From: Octopus sinensis
Taxonomy: Eukaryota
Direction: 5' to 3'
NCBI RefSeq assembly: GCF_006345805.1
Contig: NC_043005.1
Coordinates: 96,162,001 to 96,226,000 of the forward strand
Length of the DNA: 64,000 nucleotides
The notes under the pieces were generated by a model. It had not been told where the DNA came from, ran no database searches, and was given only the letters and a program-made list of their open reading frames with translations. Numbering within the stretch: the stretch's first letter is position 1; the number at the start of each line of letters is the position of its first letter. Made by a program: the position numbers and the translations under genes. Shown here one piece after another: positions 1 through 13,455 of the stretch.

Positions 1-308
1 AATTTTGAAGCTATTTTTCGTACCTTTTATAAATGCCAAAAATATAAATTAGTAAGATTCGCTGAAATAGCAATTGAAGCCATTTTATTTCAATCTACTT
101 CCTTGGAATCCTGTTCTGATGCCACTTGAAATTATGTTTATATATTTGGTGCTCTTTTTTTTACATTTTGTTTTGAGGGCTGTTTTATTTTATTTTTTCC
201 CCCTTTTAGTAAATGTCTATTTGCCAAATAAGTATTGCATGCTGCAGTTACTGTCAACATTGTTTTATTGTTCCCTTTTTTTTTTTTATGCTCTACTTCA
301 TGTTGCAG

Positions 309-382
309 GCGTAGAAGACACAGAGAGGAGTTTGAATCACCAAGAGTAAAGAGATCTCGTATGGACTATGACAATAGGAATA
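309..382 (+). CDS. YTHDC1: YTHDC1 coding exon (RRRHREEFESPRVKRSRMDYDNRN)
   Basis: tgttgcag acceptor, gtaagt donor, phase 2 to 1. Confidence 0.8.
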
Positions 383-3300
383 GTAAGTATCAGCAGGAAA
401 TTTTATTCAGTCGGGTTTGTATAACTTAATTTGGAAATGTTCATTATTGTACATCAACATCAAAATAAATATCAAATGGAAATTGTAGTTGTGATACCTG
501 TTCCGGTGGCACGTGAAAAGCACCATCTGAACGTGGCCGTTGCCAGCACCGCCTTGACTGGCTTCTGTGCTGGTGGCACTTAAAAAGCACCAACCGATTG
601 TGGCTGCTGCCAGCCTCCCCTGGCATGTAAAAAGCACCCGCTACAGTCACGGAGTGGTTAGTATTAGGAAGGGCATCCAGCTGTAGAAACACTGCCAGAT
701 CAGACTGGAGCCTGGTGCAGCCGCCTGGCTTCCCAGACTCCAGTCGAACCATCCAACCCATGCTAGCACGGAAAACGGATGTTAAATGATGATGATAAGA
801 ATATAGTTCTAGATCCACATAAAATTATGGTGATAAAAGCTGGGATGTCTTTGATCATAGACTTGCTTGAACCTTGTTGAGTTGTGACTAAACAACAATT
901 ATAGTAATTCAATATACACCAACAGCTTCATTTTTTTTCTTTTTTTTTCTTTCTCATTCCATAACTGTTCTGTATGTTGTTCACATCACTTACTGTTGCA
1001 TGTTGGGATGATGAATTTATAATCAAATTTTATATTTTCCCCTTTGAAAGATCATGTTAGTGAATGGGCAATTGTTACATTATGTCTTTCCATACTTGAT
1101 TCAAATCAATGTAAGATTACTTAGCTAGTTTACAGATAAGATATATTCAAAGCAGACACTTAGTCATGTAATTACTAAGGGATGCAAATTGTGTGTTCAT
1201 ATACTGCCTGTTTACCTCATCCCCCACTTTTGTAATGTTTTGACACATGGTTTTCTTTACTGGCATGACATACTGGCAAGTCACACAAAAACTTACCTGT
1301 ACATGTGATCAGGTTTGATCCTATTTTGCAGCTCTTCATCTACTTAGCAACTTTGAGTAAATTTATGTAGATGGAAACTGTGAAACCCATTGGATTAAGT
1401 GTACCAGCTCTTGTTAGTAAATTGAATTTGTCACCTAGTTTAACACCATCATCGTCAAACCCTTAGTGGACCCTGTTGCAAGCATTTAAACGAGGTTCCT
1501 AGTCTCAAGGTTTATCAGTGAGTGATGGTTTCTTCCTCTCTTCTCTGAACAGTTTTGGAGACTCTGCAAAATATCATTGGTATTGCCTTGCCTCCTCCAA
1601 TAGGAAAAGAATTTTATTTCAAAATAAACTTTACACATGACTGAATAATAATGACATACCCCCTTTCTTTTTTTCATCACATGTTGTTTGGTATTATGAA
1701 AGGAACTCAACCACAAAATGTCCTGTCAAACAATATATCTATCAAAATGTATTAAATTCTAGTGTTCAGTTTCCTTAAAAAATTTTTTTCTTTTAAAACC
1801 CACTATTTCTATATGATGAAAGTTGCATTTTAACTGATTTGTGCCAACTACCTCTGGATATGGAAAGCACTCTCACTTAAATGTATTATTAAAAGATACC
1901 TTAGTTTCTCTTAACCCTTTTTATACCAACCCGGCTGAAACCGGCTCTGGCTCTGAGTACAAATGTCTTGTTTTCATAAGTTTTGAATTAAAATCTCCCA
2001 CCAAACTTTAGTCACAATTTATGTTCCTAACACTAGCTGAATGATAACTAAGTTATTTTACTAAATTCTTTGTTATATTTAAAATAATTGAAAGAAACAC
2101 AGAGCATCTCAACAGAAATACAGTAATGAAAGGATTAATAATGCATTTAATCCTTTAACACTCCTATTGCTCTGTCAAATGTAATACTTATTCTTTTCAC
2201 ATAACTCTACATTATCTTGTACCTTTGAGATTTTGATGATGTAATTGTATACTCATGACAATGTCATTTTAGAGTAGGTGTGTGATGAGAGGTCAGACCT
2301 AATCAGTTTGAACATAAATCAGGTGGAATATTTGAACTGAATATGGTCTGTTTAAAGAGCAGTCAGAATCATAAGAGCATTGGAAAAGATGCTTTACAGT
2401 ATATGTTCTGAGTTCAAATCCCACTATGCTTAATGGCCCTTCATTTATTCAGGGTCAATAAAGTACTGGTCAATTACTGGATTTGGTTTAATCAATAAAC
2501 TTATGGCCCTATGTTTTAAATATTTTGTAACGGACATGAATGATATATATGTGTTTTGTGGATAGGATACAACTATGTGTTGTTAGTTTGGAGGGATGCC
2601 TCATTGGCAGCAGTGGTGGAATATGCTTAACTGTTGTTTTGTCTTTGGTCAGGACTGACCAGAGACTAAACAACAATTAAGCATATTCCACCACTGCCAA
2701 TGAAAGATTCCTCCAAACTAACAACATAGGGCTGCTGACTGGTTTTGTTGAGAAGGTGAGATGTTCCAGTCATGGCCACATACACTCCTCTTGAACACAG
2801 ATGTAATCTGAGTAAGATTTTCGCTATTATGTTTAACAGAAAGTTTGATTGGCTGGTGGCTTTTAAATCTAAATACACAATGCAATCAATCCATAACTTA
2901 AATTGACTTGTTGACTATCACACCTGATTTTAAAAAGTCTTCTCTACAAAGATGTGGGTATTCTGTCTGGTGTGTGTGGTGGTAGTTGAGTACATTTATA
3001 TTAATATGTCTGTAAGAAACAATTATAATTCTGAAAGCATTAGGATTTAACCCATTAGCATTTAAGGTGGTCATATTTGACCCAAATAATCTATTTGTTC
3101 AAACTGGCCAGATCCAGCCTCTCACACCTATACTATAATGTCATTCTAAAAATAAACAATCATACCATCAAAATTTTGAAGCTACAAGTTACAGCATAAT
3201 TAATTACAAAACAGTGTGAATAAATTAGCATTACATTTGACTGAGATCTATAATTTCTTTTTTCCAGATTTAGATGCATATTACAAGGAAAGGCGGCCTG

Positions 3301-6300
3301 ATAGGTAAGTATTTTGCTTTGGAAATATTTAAAACTTAATTACAATCACTGCAATAAAGAAATGCTTATCTCTGTAACCTTTTTCATGCAACTTGGTTAC
3401 GTTGTATCACATTCATAGAGTATAAGATCAGATTTAAATGTTGTTGTCGTGTTACGTGATGTGTGTATGTTTCTGCATTTTCTAGGCCACCTCGTTATGG
3501 CGGAGTTCGCCGAGAAACATTCTTAAATGGAGTAAGTATACATTAACTCTCATTTTTACGTAAATGTCAGAATTAAAAAAAAAAAAAAAGACAAGAGAAA
3601 GCTAAATTTATCATTTTATTAATGTAACAGATGTATTATTTGCTAATTTCCTTTTATTGCTTATTCCGTATTGTATTTTCTTTCTAACTTTCTAATTGGA
3701 AGAACAGTTCAGTAAACATAGATCATGTTCCAATGACACAAACATTAACAATAATAATGTTGAACGACAAACTATTTGTGATTTGAAATGTCTGTGTAAC
3801 TTATTCTTTTCAATGAAGCACCATAACAGCTGTCTATGTGGAATTTTGTTCGGTTATGACACTATATATTTTTTTTAAAAAAAGCTCCCAAATCGCTGAA
3901 GTTAGTCTGGACAAAGCATGTTGATCTGTTGCTTGTTGATTGGCTTCCTTCATCACTTCATCTCTTTATTTTACTATTAGCTTCTTAAATAATGTCATTT
4001 TCTTTCTTCTTTTTTTATTTAGAAATAGTTGTCTTGAGATATTTGTTACTCATTAAGTAATCTTGTGCAGAGATGCTGTTTTAATATGGAACCGTTTTAC
4101 CAAACCTAATTATGAATGAATTTTCTTAGTCTTAAAATATCTAAAAAATATTGAAACTAGGCAACTGAGTTGATATATTACACATACTCGAATGTTACTT
4201 AGCCTCAGGTTCACCATCTTCTTGTATATCAGTGCCTTTTTTTTTTTTTTTAAAGTATGCTAGCATGGAAAAACAGATGCTAAATGATATTGGTGTATTT
4301 GAGAGAAATTAGCTGCTATTTTTAACTGGTCAGTCAACTGCATAAAGACTTGCTCGTTAACTCAATGATATTTTTGTCACAATAGATCTATCCATCTTTT
4401 TTTTTTGCCATGGGGAATTAGAAGAAATAGAGCTTCTTTTTACTTAGAATATCTTCAAATCTTCCCAGTTATTAAGATTTTGGCTTGGTTTTGAAAATCT
4501 TTCTTCACTGATATTTTTTGTAAGCAATGTTTTCTTAGAAAAGCTTAGAAAAAAATTATTAACTAAAGAAAACATTTCTGTTGAAATGCTTAGCGGTATT
4601 TCGTCTGCTGTTACATTCTGAGTTCAAACTCCATCAAGGTCAACTTTGCCTTTCGTCCTTTTGGGGTCAATCAAATAAGTACCAGTTACACACTGGGGTT
4701 GATGTAATCAACTTAAACCCTTTGTCCTTGTTTGTCCCCTCTATGTTTAACCCCTTGTGGGCAATAAAGAAATAAATGTAAGATAGTTTCTGATATATAC
4801 TTCAGTTATACTTCTGATATATCCTTTCAATTCTAAACAATGTTTCTTATACATTTATAACTACATTTCTCATTTATTAATGTGCAGATAGCACACATGG
4901 TAGAGAAGTGGGCTAAATGTTTTTTGTTTCATAATTTTGAATTCATATCCCCCACAATTGTCTGTCAGTAATAAAAGTACATATAGGAATATATATAAAG
5001 TCAAAATGCAATTATAGAAACTATCTATTTTTAATTTTTTATAGGGTCATGTTGCACTGTTTATATACCTGTTATTTTGACAGTTGACAGCGTATCAAGT
5101 TTCAAAGTGTTTAGGTTGTCCTTTACACAGAGAGATAGATGTGTGGGGAGCAAGATTAAATAGCATGTGTTAATGTGTTTCTTTGAAATGAATTTGTATA
5201 TGTGCATGCATGTACAGGATATGTATATGCATGTGCATGCACCACATACTTGCATAAAGAAAATTCAATGTTGAACTGTTACAATGTTCATATTTATTAC
5301 ACGGTAAAGCTGTTAAATCACAATTATTTACCTCTAAACAAATGTTTATGGAACTGCTCTTAGAGAAATAGAAATTCCCAGCATTTTGTTGATTTTTTTT
5401 TTTTTTTCAAACAAAAATTTTTTGAAACCTTAAAAATTTTTGTGAAAAAAAAAAAAAAAATATTGTGGCCTTGAAATTTTTCCTCATCCAAAACTTTTGT
5501 CTAGTGTTTCTTCTGCTCTTCATTTTTCTGCTGTACACAATTCCCACCCCTGGCCCATTCTCCAATATCTCTGGCATATTGCTAAATATTATCGATTTTG
5601 TTTTTGGCTCGCCCAGCAGTGGAACAGTGTGGCGAGCTCATGGACTTATCCAGCAGCAGGGGTACGGCCATTAGTCCGTCCATCTGTACGTACACCATTC
5701 TTTTCACTGTGATAACAGTTAACTATATTAACATTGATATCTTATATTTTATATTGATTTTTAAAGATTTTATTTATTTATATATTTATTTTTTGGAAAA
5801 GAGAAAAAAGAAAATCAGCTAATTACTTTAAAGATTAAAGAGAAAAAGACATCAAATATTTAATGAAAGCATAAAAGACTTCATATTTTCTAGTTAACAC
5901 ATTATCGTTTTAATGTACTCTCCTTGACTTGTTGTTTTCTACCTTTCTTCTGCTAGAAACTACATCAGCCGCCACTTTGTCAAGTTCCCATTTATAATAT
6001 CTTCTGTTAAATGTTTTCTCACTGCTTACATCTTGGTTCTCTTTTCTACAATTTTTTTTTCTTTTATATCACAACAAATACTTTTGGTAGCTAGAATTAA
6101 AATTTAGATTCGAGTTCTCTTTTCTCTAGCTTTTTGTTTTTGTTTACTTTAACTTTGTTATTCTGTATGTTGATAATTAAAAGAAAACTTTTTATTACCA
6201 TGTGGCTCAGTCACTCTGTGCCTCGCTCACCCTGTTACTCAAAATGCAGTGTTAAAAAAAACTAAACTAAAACTTATAAAATATTTACTTTTAGTGTATC

Positions 6301-6440
6301 TGTGTAATTTTTTCATGATAGCTTCATAAGTTGAAACAGAAAGTTTCATTCTCTCTTCTCCATTTGTCATATTTCTTATAGACTTTAGTTTATAATTTTC
6401 CATTATAGATATTCAAGTATCTCCATATTATATAAGTATA

Positions 6441-6480
<40 letters not shown>

Positions 6481-7865
6481 CACACATTTACACATACACA
6501 CACACACACTGCTTTTTTTTTTTAATGCATTTCACCTCGAGTATAAGCAAATTTGCTATTTACACTTTTGGTGTCCACACATGTAACTAACCCCACTCAT
6601 TCTGTAACCTTGATTATCATTTTTATTGGTGTTTCATCTTATTTTCAATTAAAACACTGGCTAGATAGTCCGCTGAACATTGCCAAAGTTTCATTGGTTT
6701 GCCTACCATTGTCATGATCTCTTGCGGAGTAGAGTAACATTGATACTTAAAATTAATTTAAAATTAATTATATAAATCTAATCTTAAAAAATAACGATGG
6801 TGTTTTCTCATTCTAGTGGAATATTTATTTAGAGTTACATCAGCAGTTACAATTTTCCATTGCATTAATTATGCATTTATTTTATCATCATTTGTATAAC
6901 TAATCTTGTATCTTATGAGACTATTGTATATTAAACTTATGGCTAGTTAACACTTCTTACTAAATTATCTTTATGTCCTCTTGCTAATTTCACTGAGTAA
7001 TTTTTATAAGCAGACTCATTGTCTACTTATTTAATCTTTCAGATTTAGGTTTTGATAAATTCATCAGATTATTTTCAATTAGTATCTAGTACTTTCATTT
7101 CTAGCATTTAAATTTTTAAAGTAAACTTTAAAATAGCCATATATTAAAATTAATCATTAACTAAAGTAAATTATTACTGGTTATTACTCTGTCATCCACA
7201 GTAAAATGGGGATTTTTTTTTCCCTTTTATTTTCTGTTTTCTAGTCATATAGTGACTACATGCGAGAGTTCCAACATGTAAGACCTCCACCGCCACCTAT
7301 GTCACCTTATGGCCCACCAGTAAGTCAGTTCAATTTATAGTTTTCACTTTTTGACAATTTTGTAGACCTAATTTTTGTTATAAAAAAAAATCTACATAAT
7401 TTCCAGACTAACATTATTAATGCTGTTGCAATTATCTTCATTGTTTTAGCCTCCTGCATATGGACATCATATGGATCCAATGGTCACCTATACTGGTCAT
7501 TATGATAACCGGCCGAGAAATTACATGACTCCTCCTGAGTATGGCCCAGCTTCGATTTCCAATCCCAGGCGCACAGATAAACGCTCAGCGAGTGCTGTTT
7601 GGGCAGAGAAACGTTCAGTAAGTCAAGTAGTCATCACGTTTTATTATTCTTTTTTTATTCATTCGTTTAATTTTCATTTATTTCTCCTGAGTGCTACATC
7701 TTTTAGTGGCAACCACATGGTTTACTGTTTTATGTAGCACTTCTACTGGCTGCTACATATTTTATCTCTTTTATGCCAGTCACTCTGTGATTTGCATGTT
7801 ATCTAGCTGATAACTATATTTTACTGGTCACTATGTAAATGTGTAGTTACTAGATGCTTTAGTTT

Positions 7866-7912
<47 letters not shown>

Positions 7913-7961
7913 ATATGACTAGTGGTTGCATGTCTTTATGTATTATTATGCAGATGGCTAT

Positions 7962-8009
<48 letters not shown>

Positions 8010-8383
8010 GTGTGTGTATGTGTATATATATATGTATTTTCATCAAACTCTTTCCATAATAATTTGTAATTATTGGAATGCCTTTCTTTTCAATGAAAAT
8101 GTATTTACTCTTTTAAAAGCATTTTTTGTTTTACTAGAGAGGGAGATTTTAACTTTTATACTTGTAATTTTTATTGATAAGCCATTTGCTCATTAATGGA
8201 GGACCTGCTTTCCCCAAATGATATAAGACAAAATGAATGACTAACTGACATAGTTAAGCAATATCCCACAATTCCTTTTGTTTTTTTCTGTTACAGTATG
8301 AGAGAGATGTTGATGATTTCCTCCGTAGAACTACACATGGGAATAGCTCCAGAGACCGACATCGCCACCGAGATCGCCGGTAA
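309..8383 (+). CDS. YTHDC1: YTH domain-containing protein 1 (nuclear m6A reader), 3' part; join(309..382,3268..3304,3486..3531,7245..7319,7450..7617,8297..8383)
   Basis: Six GT-AG exons with matching phases (2/1/2/0/0/0) splice to ...GGVRRETFLNG|SYSDYMREFQHVRPPPPPMSPY...|YERDVDDFLRRTTHGNSSRDRHRHRDRR*. This matches the recalled vertebrate YTHDC1 C-terminus (GVRRDVFLNGSYNDYVREF..., VDDFLRRT, RD-rich tail). The YTH domain lies upstream of the window. Confidence 0.9.
497..796 (+). mobile_element. SINE family A (RTE-type tail ending (TGA)n)
   Basis: GAGTGGTT.G..TTAGGAAGGGCATCCAGCTGTAGAAAC..CCAACCCATGCTAGCA..GTTAAATGATGATGAT. Confidence 0.85.
1915..2134. mobile_element. TTAA-flanked piggyBac-type MITE, family 1
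   Basis: TTAA at both ends, CCCTTT-type TIR; near-identical to 25414..25627. Confidence 0.75.
3268..3304 (+). CDS. YTHDC1: YTHDC1 coding exon (NLDAYYKERRPDR)
   Basis: tttttccag acceptor, gtaagt donor, phase 1 to 2. Confidence 0.85.
3486..3531 (+). CDS. YTHDC1: YTHDC1 coding exon (PPRYGGVRRETFLNG)
   Basis: ttttctag acceptor, gtaagt donor; conserved GVRRxxFLNG motif. Confidence 0.9.
4583..4775 (+). mobile_element. tRNA-derived SINE family B
   Basis: GAAATGCTTAGCGGTATTTCGTC..GAGTTCAAA (B-box)..AAGTACCAGTT..CACTGGGGT.GATGTAATC. Confidence 0.8.
7245..7319 (+). CDS. YTHDC1: YTHDC1 coding exon (SYSDYMREFQHVRPPPPPMSPYGPP)
   Basis: ttttctag acceptor, gtaagt donor; SYxDYxREF motif. Confidence 0.9.
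7450..7617 (+). CDS. YTHDC1: YTHDC1 coding exon (Pro/Tyr-rich)
   Basis: gttttag acceptor, gtaagt donor, 168 nt in frame. Confidence 0.88.
8297..8383 (+). CDS. YTHDC1: YTHDC1 terminal coding exon (YERDVDDFLRRT...RDRR*)
   Basis: ctgttacag acceptor; VDDFLRRT motif; TAA at 8381-8383. Confidence 0.9.
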   Translation, partial: YERDVDDFLRRTTHGNSSRDRHRHRDRR

Positions 8384-10991
8384 AAGCCATCATCAACAAT
8401 TGGATTACACTTGCAATTTAATTGCTACTTAATAACTAGTGGGTTGAAAGATGCTGTAAGCTGCAAAGACTATCTGCTTCTGGTGCTCAGCTATTGGTTT
8501 CGTGAAGTTACTGTCATCATTGTGCTGATATATTTTCTCCGTTAAAGATGAATTACTTCACACTTTCACCCAGCTTAAATCATCTGTCAAAAGATTGCTC
8601 CATCTTATTTTCAAACCCATTGACAAAATGTGAACATTCATTTTTGCCTCAATCTCTTTTACTATCTACAGATATTTTCATTCACTTCACACAATAGATC
8701 CCATGCAATAGTTTAAATATTTTGTAAAAACAAAATATCAATCACTTAAAAAAAAATAAACAAAATTTGAAACAAAATATGATTTTTATTTCTAAATTGC
8801 ATATATCTTTAAAGGGGGAAAAAGTTTCCTCTTTTTTTCCTTTTTTTTTTTTGTCTGTTTAACATCAAACACTTCATTCTTTATTTTCTAGTGATATATG
8901 AAGTACTTTCCTGCTGTATTATAATCCCTGCTTTCTCTGACTTGATCCTAGTATCAGTGTGATATTAGACCATTTTGAAAAAAAGTATTTATATTTTGAT
9001 ACATATTACAAATTTTACTGAAGGAGTTTTCCTCAGTTGACTTCTTTTTCTCTTGTAATATATATATATACATGGCAATGTTACATGGAATCATTGACTT
9101 CCATTCAAAAATATGTGGTAAACGTGATTTGTTTGTTTTTTATGTTTGACTGCTTTAAGACTTCATGTTGTTGGCTTTTAATGTTTGTTCCTTGTAGGAC
9201 TGTGGATGGTATTCAAAGTTCAGCACCAAACAAAAAAGAAATGGCATACTGCAATATGAAGCAGATATATTCACAGTAAAAAAAAAAAAAAAAGAGAGAG
9301 ACAAAGCTACTTTCAGTTTTAAGAAGCTCTAAATTTTAAGTAATTTGGTTATAATATATTGATGTATTTTCAAATTAATCTGAAGGTTTTTCAGTAAACC
9401 AAAACCAACACAATATTTGATATTGAAATATGAGCATATGATAAAAAAATAGTTTGGGTTATATTTCAGGAACTGTGTCTTAATATATAAATGGCTTCGT
9501 TCTATTTAATTTACTGACTGCTAAAAATGAAAATTGCTACATCAATGAGCTGCTACATTCAAGGATATTTTACTGTCTTGATTTTTGATGGTACAATGGA
9601 GATTGGCACAAGAAAAAACTATCAGCTATGAAACAGCTGCTATATTTTGTAAATCCTTCCAACCCGTAATAATTAAGTTTGGAGTATAGATGCTCAAAGG
9701 AGGAAAGAAATTATTATAGTCTTTTAAGAACAGTAATTAATTATAACTCGTAATATTTTTGATGATTCTTAGTTCTATATACTGTAGGAAAAGATTAGTT
9801 TTTGTTTCTAGACTAGTTTGGCTACAACAAATTAATTCACTGATGGCATTCTTGTAGTTCAAAGAAACTCTTATACTACTCTAAGTTGTCTCTTGATTTA
9901 TTTTTTGGAAGCCAACACAAAAGTCTGTTGCACTTTTGAGAATATTTCAGATTTGAAATCATTCTAAGCATTATAAAACTTTCAAACTATTTTGGTACAA
10001 GCCATATTGAGGAAGAACAAGTTGCTGGCTTTAGAAGTTGTCCAAGTACACCCTCAGTCTATATAAGTGTTTTAAAATTTATAAATTTGTTGTTTTTGAT
10101 TCAGGAAAGAACAAATGTTTTAATGAAATGCAGTTGTTGTTAGTTTGTCGCTGAAACATTTCATATTTCTCAGTTGAACAAAATATTGATTTTAATCTCA
10201 CGATGTCAATTTACAAGCAAGCAAAATCAACAAGCTGTTCTCTAATTATCACAATTGATTCTCATTATATTATATTCTTGTTAGAATATTATATGCTACA
10301 CAAGAGTGGTGATCATTTCTGAAACTGTAGAGGGATAAAACTAAATGCATCATAGTATTTGGTTTTTATTCCTCCAGCTTCTGAATCTGGATCTTACTCT
10401 GAATCACTTTGGCTTGCATGATTGTGTGGCAAAGAAGCTTGCTTCATCACGATATTGCTTTCAGGCTCATTCCCACTGCATGGGGATTTGACCAAATGTC
10501 TCTTACCATTACCTCATTGCAACCAAACACTGAAATTTGGTAGGCAGAAACTATGAAACCCTGTCAGAGGGAGTGTTCTTGGGTGGTAGACTTAATCCAT
10601 TGTCCAGTTTAGTATTTGGGTGCTTTAGCAGAGCACATTCTTTTGCAAGCATTTAACTTCCTCCTTTCCTCCCGTCACTCTTCAAGGACCTGTAAAAAAA
10701 TCCCTTTCCTCTCAACTAATTAAAAAAAAATTAATTTTTTTTAATCCTAGTAAGATATTGTGGTCAATTGATCAACTATGCACCACATAAAATATTTGAC
10801 TACGAGAGAAATTATTGTGTATCATTCAATACACTCAAGAACTGACACGAAAAATTTATATTCTGATGATGAGCAAGAAACATTGAGTAAAAGTAATCAA
10901 ATTAAAACACTGTTACTATTCTATTGTGCTAACAAACCATTAAACCAGATCCAAGTTAACATGAAAACCCAGAACCTTATATTTTGAAATT

Positions 10992-11271
10992 GTAGGAAAA
11001 ACAGAATTTAGAAAATGGTTAAATTTTAAAGTCGGAAAACCAGTTCTTTCACTTGTTGACAAGTATTAAAATACATTCAAACTATTTCTTGTCAAATTTT
11101 GTGTTCCAGAAAAAAATATTTGATGATACCAATGTATCATCAAATATTTTTTTCTGGAACACAAAATTTGACAAGAAATAGTTTGAATGTATTTTAATAC
11201 TTGTCAACAAGTGAAAGAACTGGTTTTCCGACTTTAAAATTTAACCATTTTCTAAATTCTGTTTTTCCTAC
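10992..11271. repeat. Perfect inverted repeat, 138-bp arms, 4-nt loop
   Basis: 10992..11129 is the exact reverse complement of 11134..11271; loop CAAT. Confidence 0.97.
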
Positions 11272-11357
11272 GGCCTATTTTTTCACAGGAGTTTTTCATC
11301 TCTTGTATGATGCTTGTATCCTACCAGTCTCAAATCTTTAAGTATGAGCTTCCACAC

Positions 11358-11363
11358 AATAAA
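11358..11363 (+). terminator. Candidate polyadenylation signal (AATAAA) for YTHDC1
   Basis: Canonical hexamer ~3 kb after the stop, with U/GU-rich sequence downstream; not unique in AT-rich DNA. Confidence 0.3.
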
Positions 11364-12263
11364 ATTATAAAAAGACTTAGGTTATTATACTGTTAATGCA
11401 ATTGCCAAATAACCAGTCATTTAGATTCTGAAAAATAAATTTGAATGTGCAATACATTTTGAATTCTAGTATTGTTTTGGTATTTGTGTGACCTTTCAGA
11501 GTAATTATAAACTCGAGAAGAGAAATAGATATAAATCTGGTGTTTATTAGGTAGTAATTTTCTGAAACACTGACTTAATTTAAAACTTTTTTTTTATCAA
11601 GCTTATCAGTTACATGTTAAATATATTTAATATATGAGCTATTTATTTATTTATTACCATTCCCGACATAATTTCATTAAGATGGTCTGAGTTTTTGAGT
11701 TTCTGTTCAGTAATTTGTTTTTTAATTTATGTATTGTAATTTGAGTAAATTAGTTTGCCAATTGCTACTTGTGCTAAAACCTATTAATATGCAGCTGCTA
11801 GGTAAAAGCAGATGAACATGACAGCTCAGGAAGTGTTCAACAGTCACCTTTGTACACAACATGGAGAAACAGATTTTACTTGTAATTGAACTAGTTTAAT
11901 CAAAACTATTTTCAATAAAACAGTTCAATGCAGAAAACTTTTCTTTGTGTACTTTTTTTTCCTCACTAAAATTAACAATTTTCAGTGTAGCTGTATTTAT
12001 ATCTTTGTTATTAGACATAATATCTTAATATTTAATATTTTAAAAATGTGGTCCCTACTTTCAAGATGTCAAAGCATTTGTTAAAGTGTTGCTGCATTAA
12101 GTGAAGCAACTACATAAGAGAACTGTTACTGTCTAGTACAATTCAAAGAACAAACTTTGTTCATTCATTTACTGCTATCTGTTACTACAAATACCAATCT
12201 TTGTTTTCAAATTCAATGTAATTTGTGGGCCATCAGGCAGGTGGTCTGTTTACTTCTAGTTCT

Positions 12264-12500
12264 TCATCATCATCATCGTTTAACGTCCGCTTTCCATGCT
12301 AGCATGGGTTGGACGATTTTGACTGAGGGCTGGTGAACCAGATGGCTGCACCAGGCTCCAATCTTGATCTGGCAGGGTTTCTACAACTGGATGCCCTTCC
12401 TAATGCCAACCACTCTGAGAGTGTTGTGGGTGCTTTTTACGTGCCACCGGCATGGGGCCAGTCAGGCGGTACTGGCAATGATCACGCTCAGATGGTGCTC
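12264..12500 (-). mobile_element. SINE family A
   Basis: Starts (CAT)n CGTTTAACGTCCGCTTTCCATGCTAGCATGGGTTGG. Confidence 0.85.
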
Positions 12501-12950
12501 ATGTCGCAAAATAATTTTTACTTACATATGCATTGCTTGCAGTAGAAATGGGACGATATACTGGGTTATGGGCCATTGCAAAACAAAGTTGCTGATCTCT
12601 TTACTAGACTGAGTCCTGGCATTTGACATCTATGGTACTATTGGACTTACAAAGCATTGCTCTTCATACTTCCATTGGCTACAGCTGTAGTACATGTCTT
12701 CTTGCAGAAAACGGAATGGAATAATTTTCAGCAACTATTAGAGAAAACGGTTATTTTATTTACACACACACAGTCTCATGTGAATCAGTATCTCATACTA
12801 GCTCAGCAACATTGATGTTTCAACAACACTTTGCTCTGATATTGCATTTACTCTACTACAAAGATGGGTTCAATACATTGGCATCAAAGGTCATTATGTA
12901 CAGGAAATATTAATTTTATCAATGAAGTTATTGGTTGAAACTAGATGTAT

Positions 12951-13455
12951 TCATCATCATCATCATCGTCCGTTTTCCATGCTAGTATGGGTTGGATGGT
13001 TTGACCTGGGTCTGGGAAGCCAGATGGCTGCACCAGGCTCCAGTCTGATCTGGCAGTGTTTCTACAGCTGGATGCCCTTCCTAACACCAACCACTCCGAG
13101 AGTGTAGTGGGTGCTTTTTACAGGCCAGGGGAGGCTGGCAACGGCCACGATCAGTTGGTGCTTTTTATGTGCCACCGGCACGGAAGCCAGTCAAGGTGGC
13201 GCTGGCATCAGCCACGTACGGGTGGTGCTTTCTACGTGCCACCGGCACAGGTATCACAGCTACAATTTCCATTTGATTTTTTGATGTTGATGTACTTGAC
13301 TCAATAGGTCTCCTCAAGCACAGCAAGCCGTCCTGCGGTCCAAGGCACTTTTGGATGGGCTGGGGCTTCTATGTGAAGCTGGTGCAGGAAACAGCCATGA
13401 ACTCACGTTATTTGTCGGGTCTTTGCAGTCACAGCATATCTCCAGAGGTCTCGGT
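12951..13455 (-). mobile_element. SINE family A, long copy with internal hairpin units
   Basis: Same family sequence. Confidence 0.85.
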
